Source of the DNA: a virus
DNA: 64,000 nt
Reading direction: 5' to 3' (one strand)
IMG/VR virus record: IMGVR_UViG_3300034121_000850
Location: 1-64,000 of that record
The position numbers and the translations under genes are program-made. Numbering within the stretch: the first letter of the stretch is position 1; each line of letters begins with the position of its first letter. This document shows, one piece after another, positions 48,021-58,310 of the stretch. The notes under the pieces were generated by a model. The model was not told where the DNA came from, ran no database searches, and saw nothing but the letters and a program-made list of their open reading frames with translations.

Positions 48021-49778
48021 TTATTTAGTATCCATTAAAAGTTTTTGTAAAGCTTGTTCAAAACTTACATTAGAAGTCATAGACATTTTTTTAGCTTTTT
48101 TAATAACATCTTTAGATATATCTTTAACCCCGTTTTCAGCAGAAGTATAATCTTTAATTACAGTTTCATCTTCTTCACTTAAAGGAGTATCATCATGTGT
48201 AGTATAACCTGTAAGATTAGAATTGGCAAGAGTGCTTGGAACACTTGGAACACTTGGAGTATTTGGAGTATTTGGAGTATTTGGAGTATTTGGAGTATTT
48301 GGAGTATTAGAACCACCATTAGTAGAAGCATTAACAGGAGCAACAGCTTTACCACCATTAGTATTTAATTTAGCATCAAATCTTTCAGAAGTACCATGAC
48401 TACCATAAAGAGTTCTCCAAATATCTAATTGTTTTCCTTGATATTCTCTATCATAAGCTTCTTGTTTTGCATCTACTTTAGCTTTATTAGTTTCAGAAAT
48501 CATTTGATTTAAGTCTTGTCCAACATCAGCAAGATTTGCAGAATGTGCAGCCAACTTATTAGCATTCCTTGTAGCAGTATCTGTATTAAACTTGTTTATT
48601 TTTTCTGTATTTATATTAGCAATACCTTGTGCATTAAGTCTATTTTGATTTTGCAGTTGCAACTCTGCATTAGTTTTATAAGCGTAAACTTTATTTTTAG
48701 CATTAATTCCAGTTGCAGTGCCTAACATTATTCTACCTAAAGCGTCAGAAGAACTTGAAGTATTACTTGTAACAGCTCTTTCATAATTTTTTAAACCAGA
48801 ATTAATAGAACCAATTTGGTCACCAACTTCAACCCTTGTATTAAGAGGAACTGCATGACTTAAAAGAGGTGCAGGTACATCAGGAGTTTGTTCTGTTATA
48901 ATAGCATTAGCAATATTATCAGCAAACATTGATAAATATTGAGGATTAAATTCTCCACCACCCGCAAATTTACGAAAATTTCCAGCAGTACCACCACTTG
49001 CTTGTTTATAAGATTCTTGCATATCATAAATTTCATTTAAAGGATTTTTTAAACCTTTAAGAGTACCTTCAGCTTTTTCAGCGTTACGTTTATTTGTATT
49101 ATTCGCATGAGAATCACTTGATTTTACTTTAGCTATTTCTGCCATTTTAGTAAACTCAACTTCAGCATTTTTATAATTATCATGTAAAGCTTTAATTTTA
49201 GGATTTTTAAGCATTTCTTCTGCTATTTGAGCAAAACCTAATTTACTTGATATAACTCTTTTACCGTCTAATATTATCTCTTTTTCATCTACATTAGTCC
49301 CATTAGATAAAGCAACAGTATCTTCTTCAGGGCTGTCACTTTGTACTTTTTGAACACCTTTAGCTATTGTTTTTAAAGCGCCTCCTTTTACAGCAACAGG
49401 TTTTCTAAGATTTGTAAATATATCTAAAGTAGACATTTCACCACCTAAAGCTTTATAACCTGCAGTCATATCACCTGTTGTAGTTTCTCCCTCTATTTGG
49501 GCATAATCTGCTTTATATCTGTTTTGTCTTGCAAGTCTATCTCTTATATCTCTAGCTTTTTTTTCTTCTTCTGCTTTATCCTCTCCAGTAACCCAACCAT
49601 AAATACCACCACCGATAGCACCAACAGCGGCACCAATACCTGTACCAATAGGTCCAAAAAAACTACCTAAACCTGCACCAACAGAAACCCCTGTACCTAC
49701 CCCACTTAAAACATCCATTCCAACGTCATAAGTATCTTCTTTAACTTTTGCATTACCTACTGCTTGTCCTATTGCCAT
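48021..49778 (-). CDS. virion cargo protein with N-terminal glycine zipper
   Basis: GVGTGVSVGAGLGSFFGPIGTGIGAAVGAIGGG; ALGG and FAGGG motifs; follows the muzzle gene. Confidence 0.7.
   Translation of the reverse strand: MAIGQAVGNAKVKEDTYDVGMDVLSGVGTGVSVGAGLGSFFGPIGTGIGAAVGAIGGGIYGWVTGEDKAEEEKKARDIRDRLARQNRYKADYAQIEGETTTGDMTAGYKALGGEMSTLDIFTNLRKPVAVKGGALKTIAKGVQKVQSDSPEEDTVALSNGTNVDEKEIILDGKRVISSKLGFAQIAEEMLKNPKIKALHDNYKNAEVEFTKMAEIAKVKSSDSHANNTNKRNAEKAEGTLKGLKNPLNEIYDMQESYKQASGGTAGNFRKFAGGGEFNPQYLSMFADNIANAIITEQTPDVPAPLLSHAVPLNTRVEVGDQIGSINSGLKNYERAVTSNTSSSSDALGRIMLGTATGINAKNKVYAYKTNAELQLQNQNRLNAQGIANINTEKINKFNTDTATRNANKLAAHSANLADVGQDLNQMISETNKAKVDAKQEAYDREYQGKQLDIWRTLYGSHGTSERFDAKLNTNGGKAVAPVNASTNGGSNTPNTPNTPNTPNTPNTPSVPSVPSTLANSNLTGYTTHDDTPLSEEDETVIKDYTSAENGVKDISKDVIKKAKKMSMTSNVSFEQALQKLLMDTK
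48235..48308. repeat. 9-bp tandem repeats encoding (TPN)n(PSV)n
   Basis: TTGGAGTAT x6 (48254-48307) preceded by CTTGGAACA x2. Confidence 0.95.
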
Positions 49779-49787
49779 AATTTCTAA

Positions 49788-52700
49788 TTATTTACGATAC
49801 GGTTCATATTTATAATCAACATCTAAAAGATTTATAGTATTTTGGTCAACATTGTCATACTCAAACCTTACGGTCACAAAGTTACTAATAAATTTCGACT
49901 TTTCAAAAAAAGTTTTATTTGCATCAATATTTGTAATAATCAAGTCAAAAGTATCATCTAAAAAAGGAAGTAAAGCATTTGCAACTAAATTCCTAAATTT
50001 ACTTACAGACCAACGTCCTCTAATATTTCTATTTACAGGGTTAAACCAAGTTAAGTTTTGATTCAATAATATTCGACCTGAACATTTATTATTGTTGTAT
50101 ATCATAATACTTGTAAAAGTTTCATTATGTAATTCAACATTACTACTATTTCTAACTTCAGTTTCCCAATTTACAGAACGAAATAATTTTATAATATCTA
50201 TAGGATTATTAAAAACTATATCAATATATGAAGGGTATACAAAACCTCCAATATATTGTGCTTTATTACTTTGATTTGTTTTATAAATTTGTGAAGTAGA
50301 TACAGCAAAAACACCATTACGTTGACTATACATCATATGAGGATAATAATCATGAAAACTATTAAAACCTTTTATATTAAAAGAATAACTTAAAGTAAAT
50401 GGTAATGTTTCACCTTCAAATCTATTTTTAGCAAATATAATTCTTTTATATTTATCATCATAAACAATAAAAGAACCTTTTATAGTAAAAGGGTTATCAT
50501 CGTTATTTGATGCTAAAGATGAACCCCCGTAAGTTAAAAAATAATCTTTATATCCATTGTCTGATATAATTTCAGCTTTCGCCCCTTCTACTACTATAAG
50601 TTGTTTTCTGTCTTTATCATAAACTACATAACCATTAGGTATTATAATACTTGCAAACATATCTCCACAACCTATATAACCTTCATCAACTGTTATAACT
50701 TCTTTAGGAGGTCTTTCAAATAAATCAGAACTTTTAAGATAAGCAACAAGTTCATCAGTTTGTATTACGTCCTTAGTGCTTGTATAAAAAAGAGCATTCC
50801 TCATCTGTATATATAAGTTACTGTCAGCCCCTCTAACAGTCCATATAACGCCTTTATTTCTTGGCATCTCATAATAACTGTCTAATAAAAAGATACGCCA
50901 TGCAACCTGCTTAGATTCATCTTGTTGAGTGTTCGACAAATAAACCCTAAAACGTAATTTATCTACATAATCAATATAAGGATTATAAGGTATAGGTACT
51001 TTAAGTCTATTTACAGAATTATAACTATAATCATAAGGATATAAATGTCCAACAGAAGCATCTAATTCAATGTTTCTTTTTTCCGCCTCTCTATAATATA
51101 AATTAAAATAACTATACTCTCTATGTTTTATTCGTAAAGCAAATCTTACAGCAAAACCACTAGTTTGTGTAGGAGTTACTACATTAAATTTAATAAATTG
51201 AATACGCTCGCCATTAAAAATATCCCAATTATAAACTTCATCAATAGGGTTATATAAATTAACACCAGTTGTTGGAAAAAAATAATTAGAAGATATTAAA
51301 TCTTGACCATAAAAACTAACATATAAATCATAAGCTAAAACTTTTAATGTAGCATATCTTGGATTTAATAAACGTGTTACAGCTGCTGTATCATGCGCAC
51401 CACCAGCAGATACAATATCAGAATTTAAAGCACTTAAAGATTCATAAGCGCCAAATGCAGTAAAAAGGGAAAAATATATATAATCAACACTTAAAAAAAG
51501 ACAAGCTTCTCTACCTTGATTGTTGTATAAAGTATGAGCAACATTATCTTCTTCTAAATATTCATAACCTGTTACTGGAATATTTTTTTCACTTGCAATA
51601 TCAAAACCCCCTATTAAAGATGTAAGTTGACTATCGAGCATATAACCATTAAAACCATTCCAAAATTCTGATTTTAAATAATGTACACCAATAGCAGGTT
51701 TATCTACTAATAAATGAAAAGAATACATTCTAAATCCATGCTTTGTTACAGCTGTATTAAGATTAGTATTAGATACACCAGGTAATATAAAAGAACCTCC
51801 TAATACAGTAGAATTTCTTACACCTCTATCAGCGTGCATAAAATAAAAACTTTGTACTAAATCTTCAATTTCAGTAGGAATGTAAATATCACTAAAAACA
51901 ATACCTAAAGAAAATTTAGCATAAAAATCTCCTGTATTATGGAATAATTCTGTACAAGGTAATTTATGATGTCTTACCTTTTCATTCCTAATACTATCAA
52001 TTAAACCAGTTCCATCCCAAACATCAAAAGCATCTAAATCAGGATATGTTTCTGTTGCATTTTCCCAAAAACCCATAACACCTCCAACATCAGCAGTTTC
52101 TCTTAAATGGAAATATTTAAGGTCATCAGCCATGTCTAATTCATATTGGTTAATGCTATAAAAATCCGAAGCATTAGCATTTTCAAGTAAAGGAGGTGGG
52201 ATAACAAAAACAAAAGTAGCAGGAGTTCCTGTTATAGCTGCTATTAAAGCAGGACTACAAGGTACATCTAATATAAAATTTTGAAGAATACCAAAAGTAG
52301 GGGGTGCAGATGAAGGTGATGTTGATATAATATTATATGTAATACCTAATATAGTCACTGTTGGTAAAGGGTCATTAGTGACATAATAACTACCAGGAAT
52401 ATAACCAGGAGTTAAAGGGAACTCTATAATAATAGTAAGATTCCCTGTCATAGTTCCCATATCCTCACAACCTGCTCCAAGTACATCCCCTATCAAATCA
52501 GGAAGAGTATTATCAATATCAACAATAGCAGGTCTTCTACCAGGAATATGAAAACCTTCACTATAAGTACCATCTTTAAATACAAATCCTATATATAAAG
52601 CAGATATTTCATCAGGCATTACACCTTTAAGAGAGTATATTACAGAAGCTGATGCGCCATCAGAAAATTCATTAGATATTTGACTATCACTAACTTCTGT

Positions 52701-53744
52701 AACCCAAGTTGTTTTAATGTTATTTGCATACTTTTGATAATTTATTTTAGGTTTTACATCAACATTACCTACAACTAATTTATTAAGAGTTTCAGTACCT
52801 GTTTTAACTTTTTCAAAAGAAGTTCTTAAACCTATTAACTCTTCAGTAGTTTGTATATCATTTTCATGTAACCCTGTATATATAAATTCATCAATCCCTG
52901 TTAATGTAATTGGTCTTGTTATAACGTCATGTGCAGTATAAATATTACCAGCTCTTCTTAGTGTTGATATTTTATATTTTTGATATCTTATATCTAAATT
53001 TGTAATTCTTAAATGAATAGTTTGACTGACTATTTGATTTGCCCCGTGACTTAAACCTTCAAATGCATCAACTAAATTAAAAGGTAAACCTATAGGAATA
53101 GGGTTACTAAATTGAGTATAATTAGTTTGGTCAAATTCATTTAAAAGGTATGAAATAGTAAAATAATAAACACCACTAGGAATTAAACCCCCTCCCTTAA
53201 CAACTTTAATAAGTTCAAAATTAGGTAAAATAAATTCAGGAAATAGATAAGATAATACTATTTTATCGGCATCAACTAATTCAAAAACCCCATCAACAGC
53301 AAAAGGTAGAGTATTTATATTTAATATTTTTGGTTTTTTAGAAAGTGTATTTACACCATCCCACCATGAAATAATAATCTCACCTTTATAATTTTTAAAA
53401 TACTTACCTTCAATAGGATTTTCAATTAAAAACCCAAATAAAACAGTCCTAACAATAGTAGTATAAGCCCCTGTTTCATCTAAAAAACCAATTTCAGATA
53501 TAGTGTCATTTGTGCTAAAAATTACTGTTTCATTACCAACAGGGATAATACCGTTAATTCTATAAGGGGTAACAGTTGCTGGATTTCCATTAACTGTATT
53601 GATATACAAATTAAAACCTTCTTCATTCTTAATAGAAGTTAAACTATGATTATGTACAATATTTCTAGCAGCCCTCCAAGAACCTTGTTCTTGAAGGCTT
53701 TGTGAATTATCTAATTTACTACCTTTATTAAACTTTGTTGCCAT
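49788..53744 (-). CDS. tail stabilization/muzzle protein (P22 gp10-like)
   Basis: 1318 aa, beta-rich; ARN.V......NEEG start, FHIPGR, FWEN..E.YP, VRHHKLP, SFHDY; follows the tail tubular gene. Confidence 0.85.
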   Translation of the reverse strand: MATKFNKGSKLDNSQSLQEQGSWRAARNIVHNHSLTSIKNEEGFNLYINTVNGNPATVTPYRINGIIPVGNETVIFSTNDTISEIGFLDETGAYTTIVRTVLFGFLIENPIEGKYFKNYKGEIIISWWDGVNTLSKKPKILNINTLPFAVDGVFELVDADKIVLSYLFPEFILPNFELIKVVKGGGLIPSGVYYFTISYLLNEFDQTNYTQFSNPIPIGLPFNLVDAFEGLSHGANQIVSQTIHLRITNLDIRYQKYKISTLRRAGNIYTAHDVITRPITLTGIDEFIYTGLHENDIQTTEELIGLRTSFEKVKTGTETLNKLVVGNVDVKPKINYQKYANNIKTTWVTEVSDSQISNEFSDGASASVIYSLKGVMPDEISALYIGFVFKDGTYSEGFHIPGRRPAIVDIDNTLPDLIGDVLGAGCEDMGTMTGNLTIIIEFPLTPGYIPGSYYVTNDPLPTVTILGITYNIISTSPSSAPPTFGILQNFILDVPCSPALIAAITGTPATFVFVIPPPLLENANASDFYSINQYELDMADDLKYFHLRETADVGGVMGFWENATETYPDLDAFDVWDGTGLIDSIRNEKVRHHKLPCTELFHNTGDFYAKFSLGIVFSDIYIPTEIEDLVQSFYFMHADRGVRNSTVLGGSFILPGVSNTNLNTAVTKHGFRMYSFHLLVDKPAIGVHYLKSEFWNGFNGYMLDSQLTSLIGGFDIASEKNIPVTGYEYLEEDNVAHTLYNNQGREACLFLSVDYIYFSLFTAFGAYESLSALNSDIVSAGGAHDTAAVTRLLNPRYATLKVLAYDLYVSFYGQDLISSNYFFPTTGVNLYNPIDEVYNWDIFNGERIQFIKFNVVTPTQTSGFAVRFALRIKHREYSYFNLYYREAEKRNIELDASVGHLYPYDYSYNSVNRLKVPIPYNPYIDYVDKLRFRVYLSNTQQDESKQVAWRIFLLDSYYEMPRNKGVIWTVRGADSNLYIQMRNALFYTSTKDVIQTDELVAYLKSSDLFERPPKEVITVDEGYIGCGDMFASIIIPNGYVVYDKDRKQLIVVEGAKAEIISDNGYKDYFLTYGGSSLASNNDDNPFTIKGSFIVYDDKYKRIIFAKNRFEGETLPFTLSYSFNIKGFNSFHDYYPHMMYSQRNGVFAVSTSQIYKTNQSNKAQYIGGFVYPSYIDIVFNNPIDIIKLFRSVNWETEVRNSSNVELHNETFTSIMIYNNNKCSGRILLNQNLTWFNPVNRNIRGRWSVSKFRNLVANALLPFLDDTFDLIITNIDANKTFFEKSKFISNFVTVRFEYDNVDQNTINLLDVDYKYEPYRK

Positions 53745-54466
53745 TATGCTATAATTAAACTACCTTCTGTACTTTCAAATATATTAGAATCTGTACTTAA
53801 AGCAAATGTTGTATCTTCAAAGAATCTTTGTACTTTTCCAGTATCAATAATAACACTATTCCAACCACGCATAAATAATTCCATATCATCAATATCAGGA
53901 AAATCAACAGAGTTCTTAGCCCTCCATCTTTTATCTTCCCAACGGGCTTCTGCTTTTTCAAAAGGTATTTGAGATATATCACCACGTAATGTTAGCAACA
54001 TTACGATATACCATTCTACTGCACCAATAAATTCAAAATTATCGGGTATAAGAGGAAAACCTTTACAATCTAAAGGTATAGTCTTACAATAAACAACAAT
54101 ACACCCCTCTTCAAAAGAAGTGTGTATATAACCAGGATTTAATGTATAACTATTATTAGCATCAACAGGAAGATGGTCTGTAAATTTACATGGGTTATGA
54201 AATCTAAGAGAACCATTACGGGGTAATCTACAACCTTTATAACTAACCCCTAATACAGTATCTAAATGACATGGTAAAGCTACTTTACCTTCTTCTACAT
54301 TTAATTGAATACCTGTTTCAACACTTGCAAAATAAGAACCAATACCTCTAATAGCCTCACCAACCATCTCATAAGCATCCCCTGTCCATGAAGTATTAGT
54401 AGGTCTAAAATCTCTTATAATTTTGGCTATAACAGCACTTGATGATATTGTTTGAACAGCGGGCAT
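53744..54466 (-). CDS. tail tubular/ring protein (P22 gp4-like)
   Basis: AVIAKIIRD, GEAIRGIG, YIHTSFEEG, GFPLIPDN; position before the muzzle gene. Confidence 0.8.
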   Translation of the reverse strand: MPAVQTISSSAVIAKIIRDFRPTNTSWTGDAYEMVGEAIRGIGSYFASVETGIQLNVEEGKVALPCHLDTVLGVSYKGCRLPRNGSLRFHNPCKFTDHLPVDANNSYTLNPGYIHTSFEEGCIVVYCKTIPLDCKGFPLIPDNFEFIGAVEWYIVMLLTLRGDISQIPFEKAEARWEDKRWRAKNSVDFPDIDDMELFMRGWNSVIIDTGKVQRFFEDTTFALSTDSNIFESTEGSLIIA

Positions 54467-54469
54467 CTT

Positions 54470-55195
54470 TTAAAAGTTAGTTATAGAATATCTTTGTAAT
54501 TTATCTGTATAAGGAATACTATTTAAAAGAAATACACCATCTGAAACAGTTGTTGTTTCTAATTTAGAAGTACTTGCTTTTTTATTAGAAGGCTTGTATT
54601 GATAATTTAAAGTAGTATTAGAATGTATGCTTTTACAACTCCAATACCACCAAAACATATAACGCTCTGTATGGTACATTAACCACTTCTCACCGTTATT
54701 ATGTTTTATAATATTATTATCTTTATCTCGTTCTAAAACTTCGTAAGGAGTAACACCTTCTTTAATTAAGCGTGCTTTATTAGCATTACTTGCACCCCAA
54801 TTAATTCTTAGCTTATTAGTTTTAACTTCTTCTCTTCTAATGTAAAAACTTCCACATGAAGTAGAAGGGTACATAGAATAGTTATAACCTTTTAATATAG
54901 CTAATGATATTTTGTAAAAAAACTTTTTAATAATAAAAGTAAAAATTGGTATAGGAACGTCTAATACCTTTTTTAAAACTTCAGCTTTTTGTTTAGTATA
55001 ATTAAACTTAACAGCTATTTTAGCAATAATTACTTCTTTATCTTCTTTTTTACTTGATTTAAGATAATCTGTTGAAGTTTGTAATTTTGATAATAAATTA
55101 TCTAAAATACTTAAATCTTTTTCAAGTAAAATTTTATAGACATCATAATAATCACTTAATTTTATTGTATCACTCTTTAAAGTTAATCTCTTCAT
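54470..55195 (-). CDS. crAss IHF-like conserved protein
   Basis: basic; AILKG..Y....GSFYI, INWGAS, WWYW; conserved position between ring genes. Confidence 0.65.
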   Translation of the reverse strand: MKRLTLKSDTIKLSDYYDVYKILLEKDLSILDNLLSKLQTSTDYLKSSKKEDKEVIIAKIAVKFNYTKQKAEVLKKVLDVPIPIFTFIIKKFFYKISLAILKGYNYSMYPSTSCGSFYIRREEVKTNKLRINWGASNANKARLIKEGVTPYEVLERDKDNNIIKHNNGEKWLMYHTERYMFWWYWSCKSIHSNTTLNYQYKPSNKKASTSKLETTTVSDGVFLLNSIPYTDKLQRYSITNF

Positions 55196-55796
55196 TTTCT
55201 GTTACAAGTTTAAATTCATTTGCTAATATACTTTGAACCATTAAAGGTATTAAATCTAATGCTATTGGAAACTCTGAATTATCATCATAACATTCAGAAT
55301 CACAATAATTTATAAGACCTTCTAAATCTTCAAAATAATGTATTACTTCTAAATAGGCAAGCTTAGTTTTATTAAACACGTAAATATGATTATCAATATA
55401 ATCATATCTTCCTATATTAAAAGTATATTTATTATGCTTAGTAAATTTTAATTCTTGTAAAGTGGTATAAGTTAAATCTTCAAATCCAGCAAGAAGTCCT
55501 ACATGAAGAAAAGGTGCACCACCTTTAATTCTTATAGGACGGGGAAAAGGATTTTTAGTCTTTAGTATTTTACAACCTACATCAATATAACAATTATCTG
55601 CTTTATCAACTTTAACTAATTCAACTACAATACGTTGTCTAAGTGTTTTCTCAACACCATCTTTTTCAACGCTTCTGCGTAATTCTAAAGCTCTGTATTG
55701 CTTAACAGCAAACTTAGCTTGTTGAATTACTGCGTAATCATTAGCTTTATTTAATTTCCTTGCAATATAACTACTAATCTGATTCAGGCTTGCCAT
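55170..55796 (-). CDS. tail ring protein
   Basis: MASLNQI, YRAL.LRR, C...GCKILKT, YDDNSEFPI; synteny. Confidence 0.7.
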   Translation of the reverse strand: MASLNQISSYIARKLNKANDYAVIQQAKFAVKQYRALELRRSVEKDGVEKTLRQRIVVELVKVDKADNCYIDVGCKILKTKNPFPRPIRIKGGAPFLHVGLLAGFEDLTYTTLQELKFTKHNKYTFNIGRYDYIDNHIYVFNKTKLAYLEVIHYFEDLEGLINYCDSECYDDNSEFPIALDLIPLMVQSILANEFKLVTENEEINFKE

Positions 55797-56274
55797 CTTT
55801 TATAGTAGGTTTAGTAATAAAATCTATTAATTTATCTTTTATAATAATAAGTAAATCGTTTTGTTTAGTATTTTTAATTATGGAATAAAATTGAATTAAA
55901 CCATAATAACCTGCGGTCATTTTAAAAATACTTAAATCAATTTGAATTATATATCTTTCTAAGATAAATGCACTACATAAAGATATAAGATAAACTGCAA
56001 TAGTTATACCTGATTTAGATAGACCAGCAGTACTTATACCTTTTTTATTACCTTTATCATCTAAATCCCCATATGATTTAGTTATACCTGTAAATATATT
56101 AAGTCCGATTAAAAGCCCTAAAGCTATGAAAACTTCTTGATATGATGTAATAATACTTATTAACATTGTTAACAAAATTACTAACAATCCAGTGAATGCC
56201 ATTTTTATCTTAATGCCTAATATCATTAAGAAATCCAAGAAATTATTATCTATATTATTAAAATTTAAGTTCAT
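55774..56274 (-). CDS. holin (phage holin 4/toxin-secretion-like)
   Basis: several TM segments; IFTGITKS...GISTAGL.KS, FYSIIKN pattern. Confidence 0.7.
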   Translation of the reverse strand: MNLNFNNIDNNFLDFLMILGIKIKMAFTGLLVILLTMLISIITSYQEVFIALGLLIGLNIFTGITKSYGDLDDKGNKKGISTAGLSKSGITIAVYLISLCSAFILERYIIQIDLSIFKMTAGYYGLIQFYSIIKNTKQNDLLIIIKDKLIDFITKPTIKDGKPESD

Positions 56275-56624
56275 TTTTTTAAAAGTATTGCAGATGTTAT
56301 TAAAAAAGAATCAAAGGCATTTTTACTATAATTATATGTATATATAGCAATAAATTTATAAGCTTTTAACCGCGTTACATTTTGACCAAAAAATATTATC
56401 TGTTTTGTATCACTTAAATCAAATACAGCACCCCATTCAATAGTAAATGTAAAACCATCATATACCGCTTCATTTGGAATATCTGCACTAATTTCATAAT
56501 CAAAAGAAGGAGCATTTACAGTACCTTGTATAGTATATTTTTCAATACCTAAAGATAAATCTACTAATATAACAGGTTCATAATCTGTTAATGTTATTCT
56601 TTGTATTCTTGTTAACTTAGACAT
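56271..56624 (-). CDS. hypothetical tail-associated protein
   Basis: beta-rich ORF coupled within the tail operon. Confidence 0.65.
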   Translation of the reverse strand: MSKLTRIQRITLTDYEPVILVDLSLGIEKYTIQGTVNAPSFDYEISADIPNEAVYDGFTFTIEWGAVFDLSDTKQIIFFGQNVTRLKAYKFIAIYTYNYSKNAFDSFLITSAILLKK

Positions 56625-57609
56625 TAGCGCGTTTAGTTATAGTTACCATCGTTCTACGTAAATTTAAATCACCAGCACTTACAATTTTTCCATAAAAATT
56701 AAATACAGTAGCGTTGTTATCCATATCAGGTACAGTAATTACCCCAGTACCAACACCTGTTGAAGGGTTGTCAAAAAATTCTCCAAAAGTATTAAACTCA
56801 GTAATTAATGGTTGAAAACCAATCGTATATAGTAAAGAACTAATTTTTGAAAATTTATAACTAACAAAAATTGTTGTAGCATTTATTTTAGTAATACGTG
56901 CAACCATTCTAAATCTATCAAAAAAATCGTAAGAATCAACTTCTGCAACAACTATACTATTATTAATAGCAAGTTTAACTGTTTTTGGGGATGCTACTAC
57001 AAATCCATAAAGAGTAATAAAAGTGTTAAAAGTTTTATAAAAATCAGCTTCTATTTCAATAAATTCAGTATTAGCAAGTAATCCAGCAGGTAAAGTATAT
57101 TGATGATTAATATTACTATACGGTACAAAAAATCCACCTGTATCACCTGATAAATTAGAATTAGTAATTCTATGATGTAAAATACCATCACTTTGAATTT
57201 CATAAGTTTGTCTAGTAGTTCCACTAACAATTTCAGTACTCTCAACAACATTATTTCCAATAACACGAGGAATTTGCCCAGGTTGAACAAACCTAATCAT
57301 TTGGTCAAGATAACTTGATGTAACATTTCTATTTAATACATCAAAATCAGATGCTGTTTTAGCTAACCCCTGTAAAGAATTAGTAGCCCTATCAGCAGGA
57401 TTTAATTTAAAAGTAATACTTTCTAATAACTTCCTATAAACATCTTCACTAGGAAAATCGTCCCTTAAAAGTCTATTATAAACTAAAGTAGCTACACCAT
57501 TTTTAATAATAGTATATTGTAAAGCAAAACCAGTTTCTTGGTCAGGTACAGTACCACTATTAACTTGGGTATGTCTAAAGAAAAATTCTCTAAATTCTTT
57601 TAGTGCCAT
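56617..57609 (-). CDS. putative tail fiber/receptor-binding-associated protein
   Basis: DFPSEDVYRKLLES and QGLAKTAS in the N-terminal half, beta-sandwich-like C-terminus. Confidence 0.55.
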   Translation of the reverse strand: MALKEFREFFFRHTQVNSGTVPDQETGFALQYTIIKNGVATLVYNRLLRDDFPSEDVYRKLLESITFKLNPADRATNSLQGLAKTASDFDVLNRNVTSSYLDQMIRFVQPGQIPRVIGNNVVESTEIVSGTTRQTYEIQSDGILHHRITNSNLSGDTGGFFVPYSNINHQYTLPAGLLANTEFIEIEADFYKTFNTFITLYGFVVASPKTVKLAINNSIVVAEVDSYDFFDRFRMVARITKINATTIFVSYKFSKISSLLYTIGFQPLITEFNTFGEFFDNPSTGVGTGVITVPDMDNNATVFNFYGKIVSAGDLNLRRTMVTITKRANV

Positions 57610-57610
57610 C

Positions 57611-58198
57611 TTATAAATATTTAATTAACATGGAATTAATACATATATTAGATTTTGTAAAATCTACATTATCAGCAACAGCAAGATATTCATCAACAGC
57701 TTCTTTAACACCAGGAAAATCAGGATTAGCATAATCATCAAAACCTAAATAACCCCCACTTTTAATCTTATTACACCAAGCAGCTATTTCTTTTTTTGTA
57801 GTTTCATAAGAATGGTCAGTATCAACCATTACAAAATCTAAACTTTTATCATCATATAATAAAGAAGCTTTTGAACTATCAACTTGTAGTACATTTATAC
57901 AGCTAATAAACCCTGCTTTCTTTATATTATTGATACATACATCTACTATATTACCTTCATTCTCTTTAACAAAAGGATGGTCAAACTTCCAAATATCAAT
58001 TAAATCTAAAGTACAAGTTTTATCTTCAATAGCTGTTTTTTCTAATAGATATACAGCACTTCTTCCTTGCCATACTCCTACTTCAATAGCTTTAAAATTT
58101 AAAGGCATTCTTTTCACTACATAATCATACACTTTTTCAAATGTAGTAAACCCTGATACTTCTTTATAAAGTGTTGGTACTGTTAAAATATTTTCCAT
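57611..58198 (-). CDS. class I SAM-dependent methyltransferase (Methyltransf_24-like)
   Basis: IEVGVWQGRS, IDIW, LDFVMVDTDHSY, KSGGYLGFDDY, PGVKEAV. Confidence 0.9.
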   Translation of the reverse strand: MENILTVPTLYKEVSGFTTFEKVYDYVVKRMPLNFKAIEVGVWQGRSAVYLLEKTAIEDKTCTLDLIDIWKFDHPFVKENEGNIVDVCINNIKKAGFISCINVLQVDSSKASLLYDDKSLDFVMVDTDHSYETTKKEIAAWCNKIKSGGYLGFDDYANPDFPGVKEAVDEYLAVADNVDFTKSNICINSMLIKYL

Positions 58199-58310
58199 TC
58201 AATTATGTTTATGTAAATTAAATTTATGCCAAAAAAACTCGTCAAAACAACTATAAAATATTAAATTAGGATATTTCCAATTAACAAGGAACTATAACTA
58301 CTTTTCTCAT
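58199..58310 (-). pseudogene. internally deleted gene remnant
   Basis: ATG overlaps the upstream stop (ATGA) and reads MRKVVIVPC; a shifted frame reads NWKYPNLIFYSCFDEFFWHKFNLHKHN-TGA, abutting the next ATG. Confidence 0.55.

Noticed and set aside
48235-48308. CRISPR array or replication iterons
   Set aside because: Contiguous 9-bp units with no spacers, in frame within a CDS
57611-58198. DNA methyltransferase
   Set aside because: Lacks DPPY/NPPY or PC motifs; matches the small-molecule/sugar methyltransferase pattern
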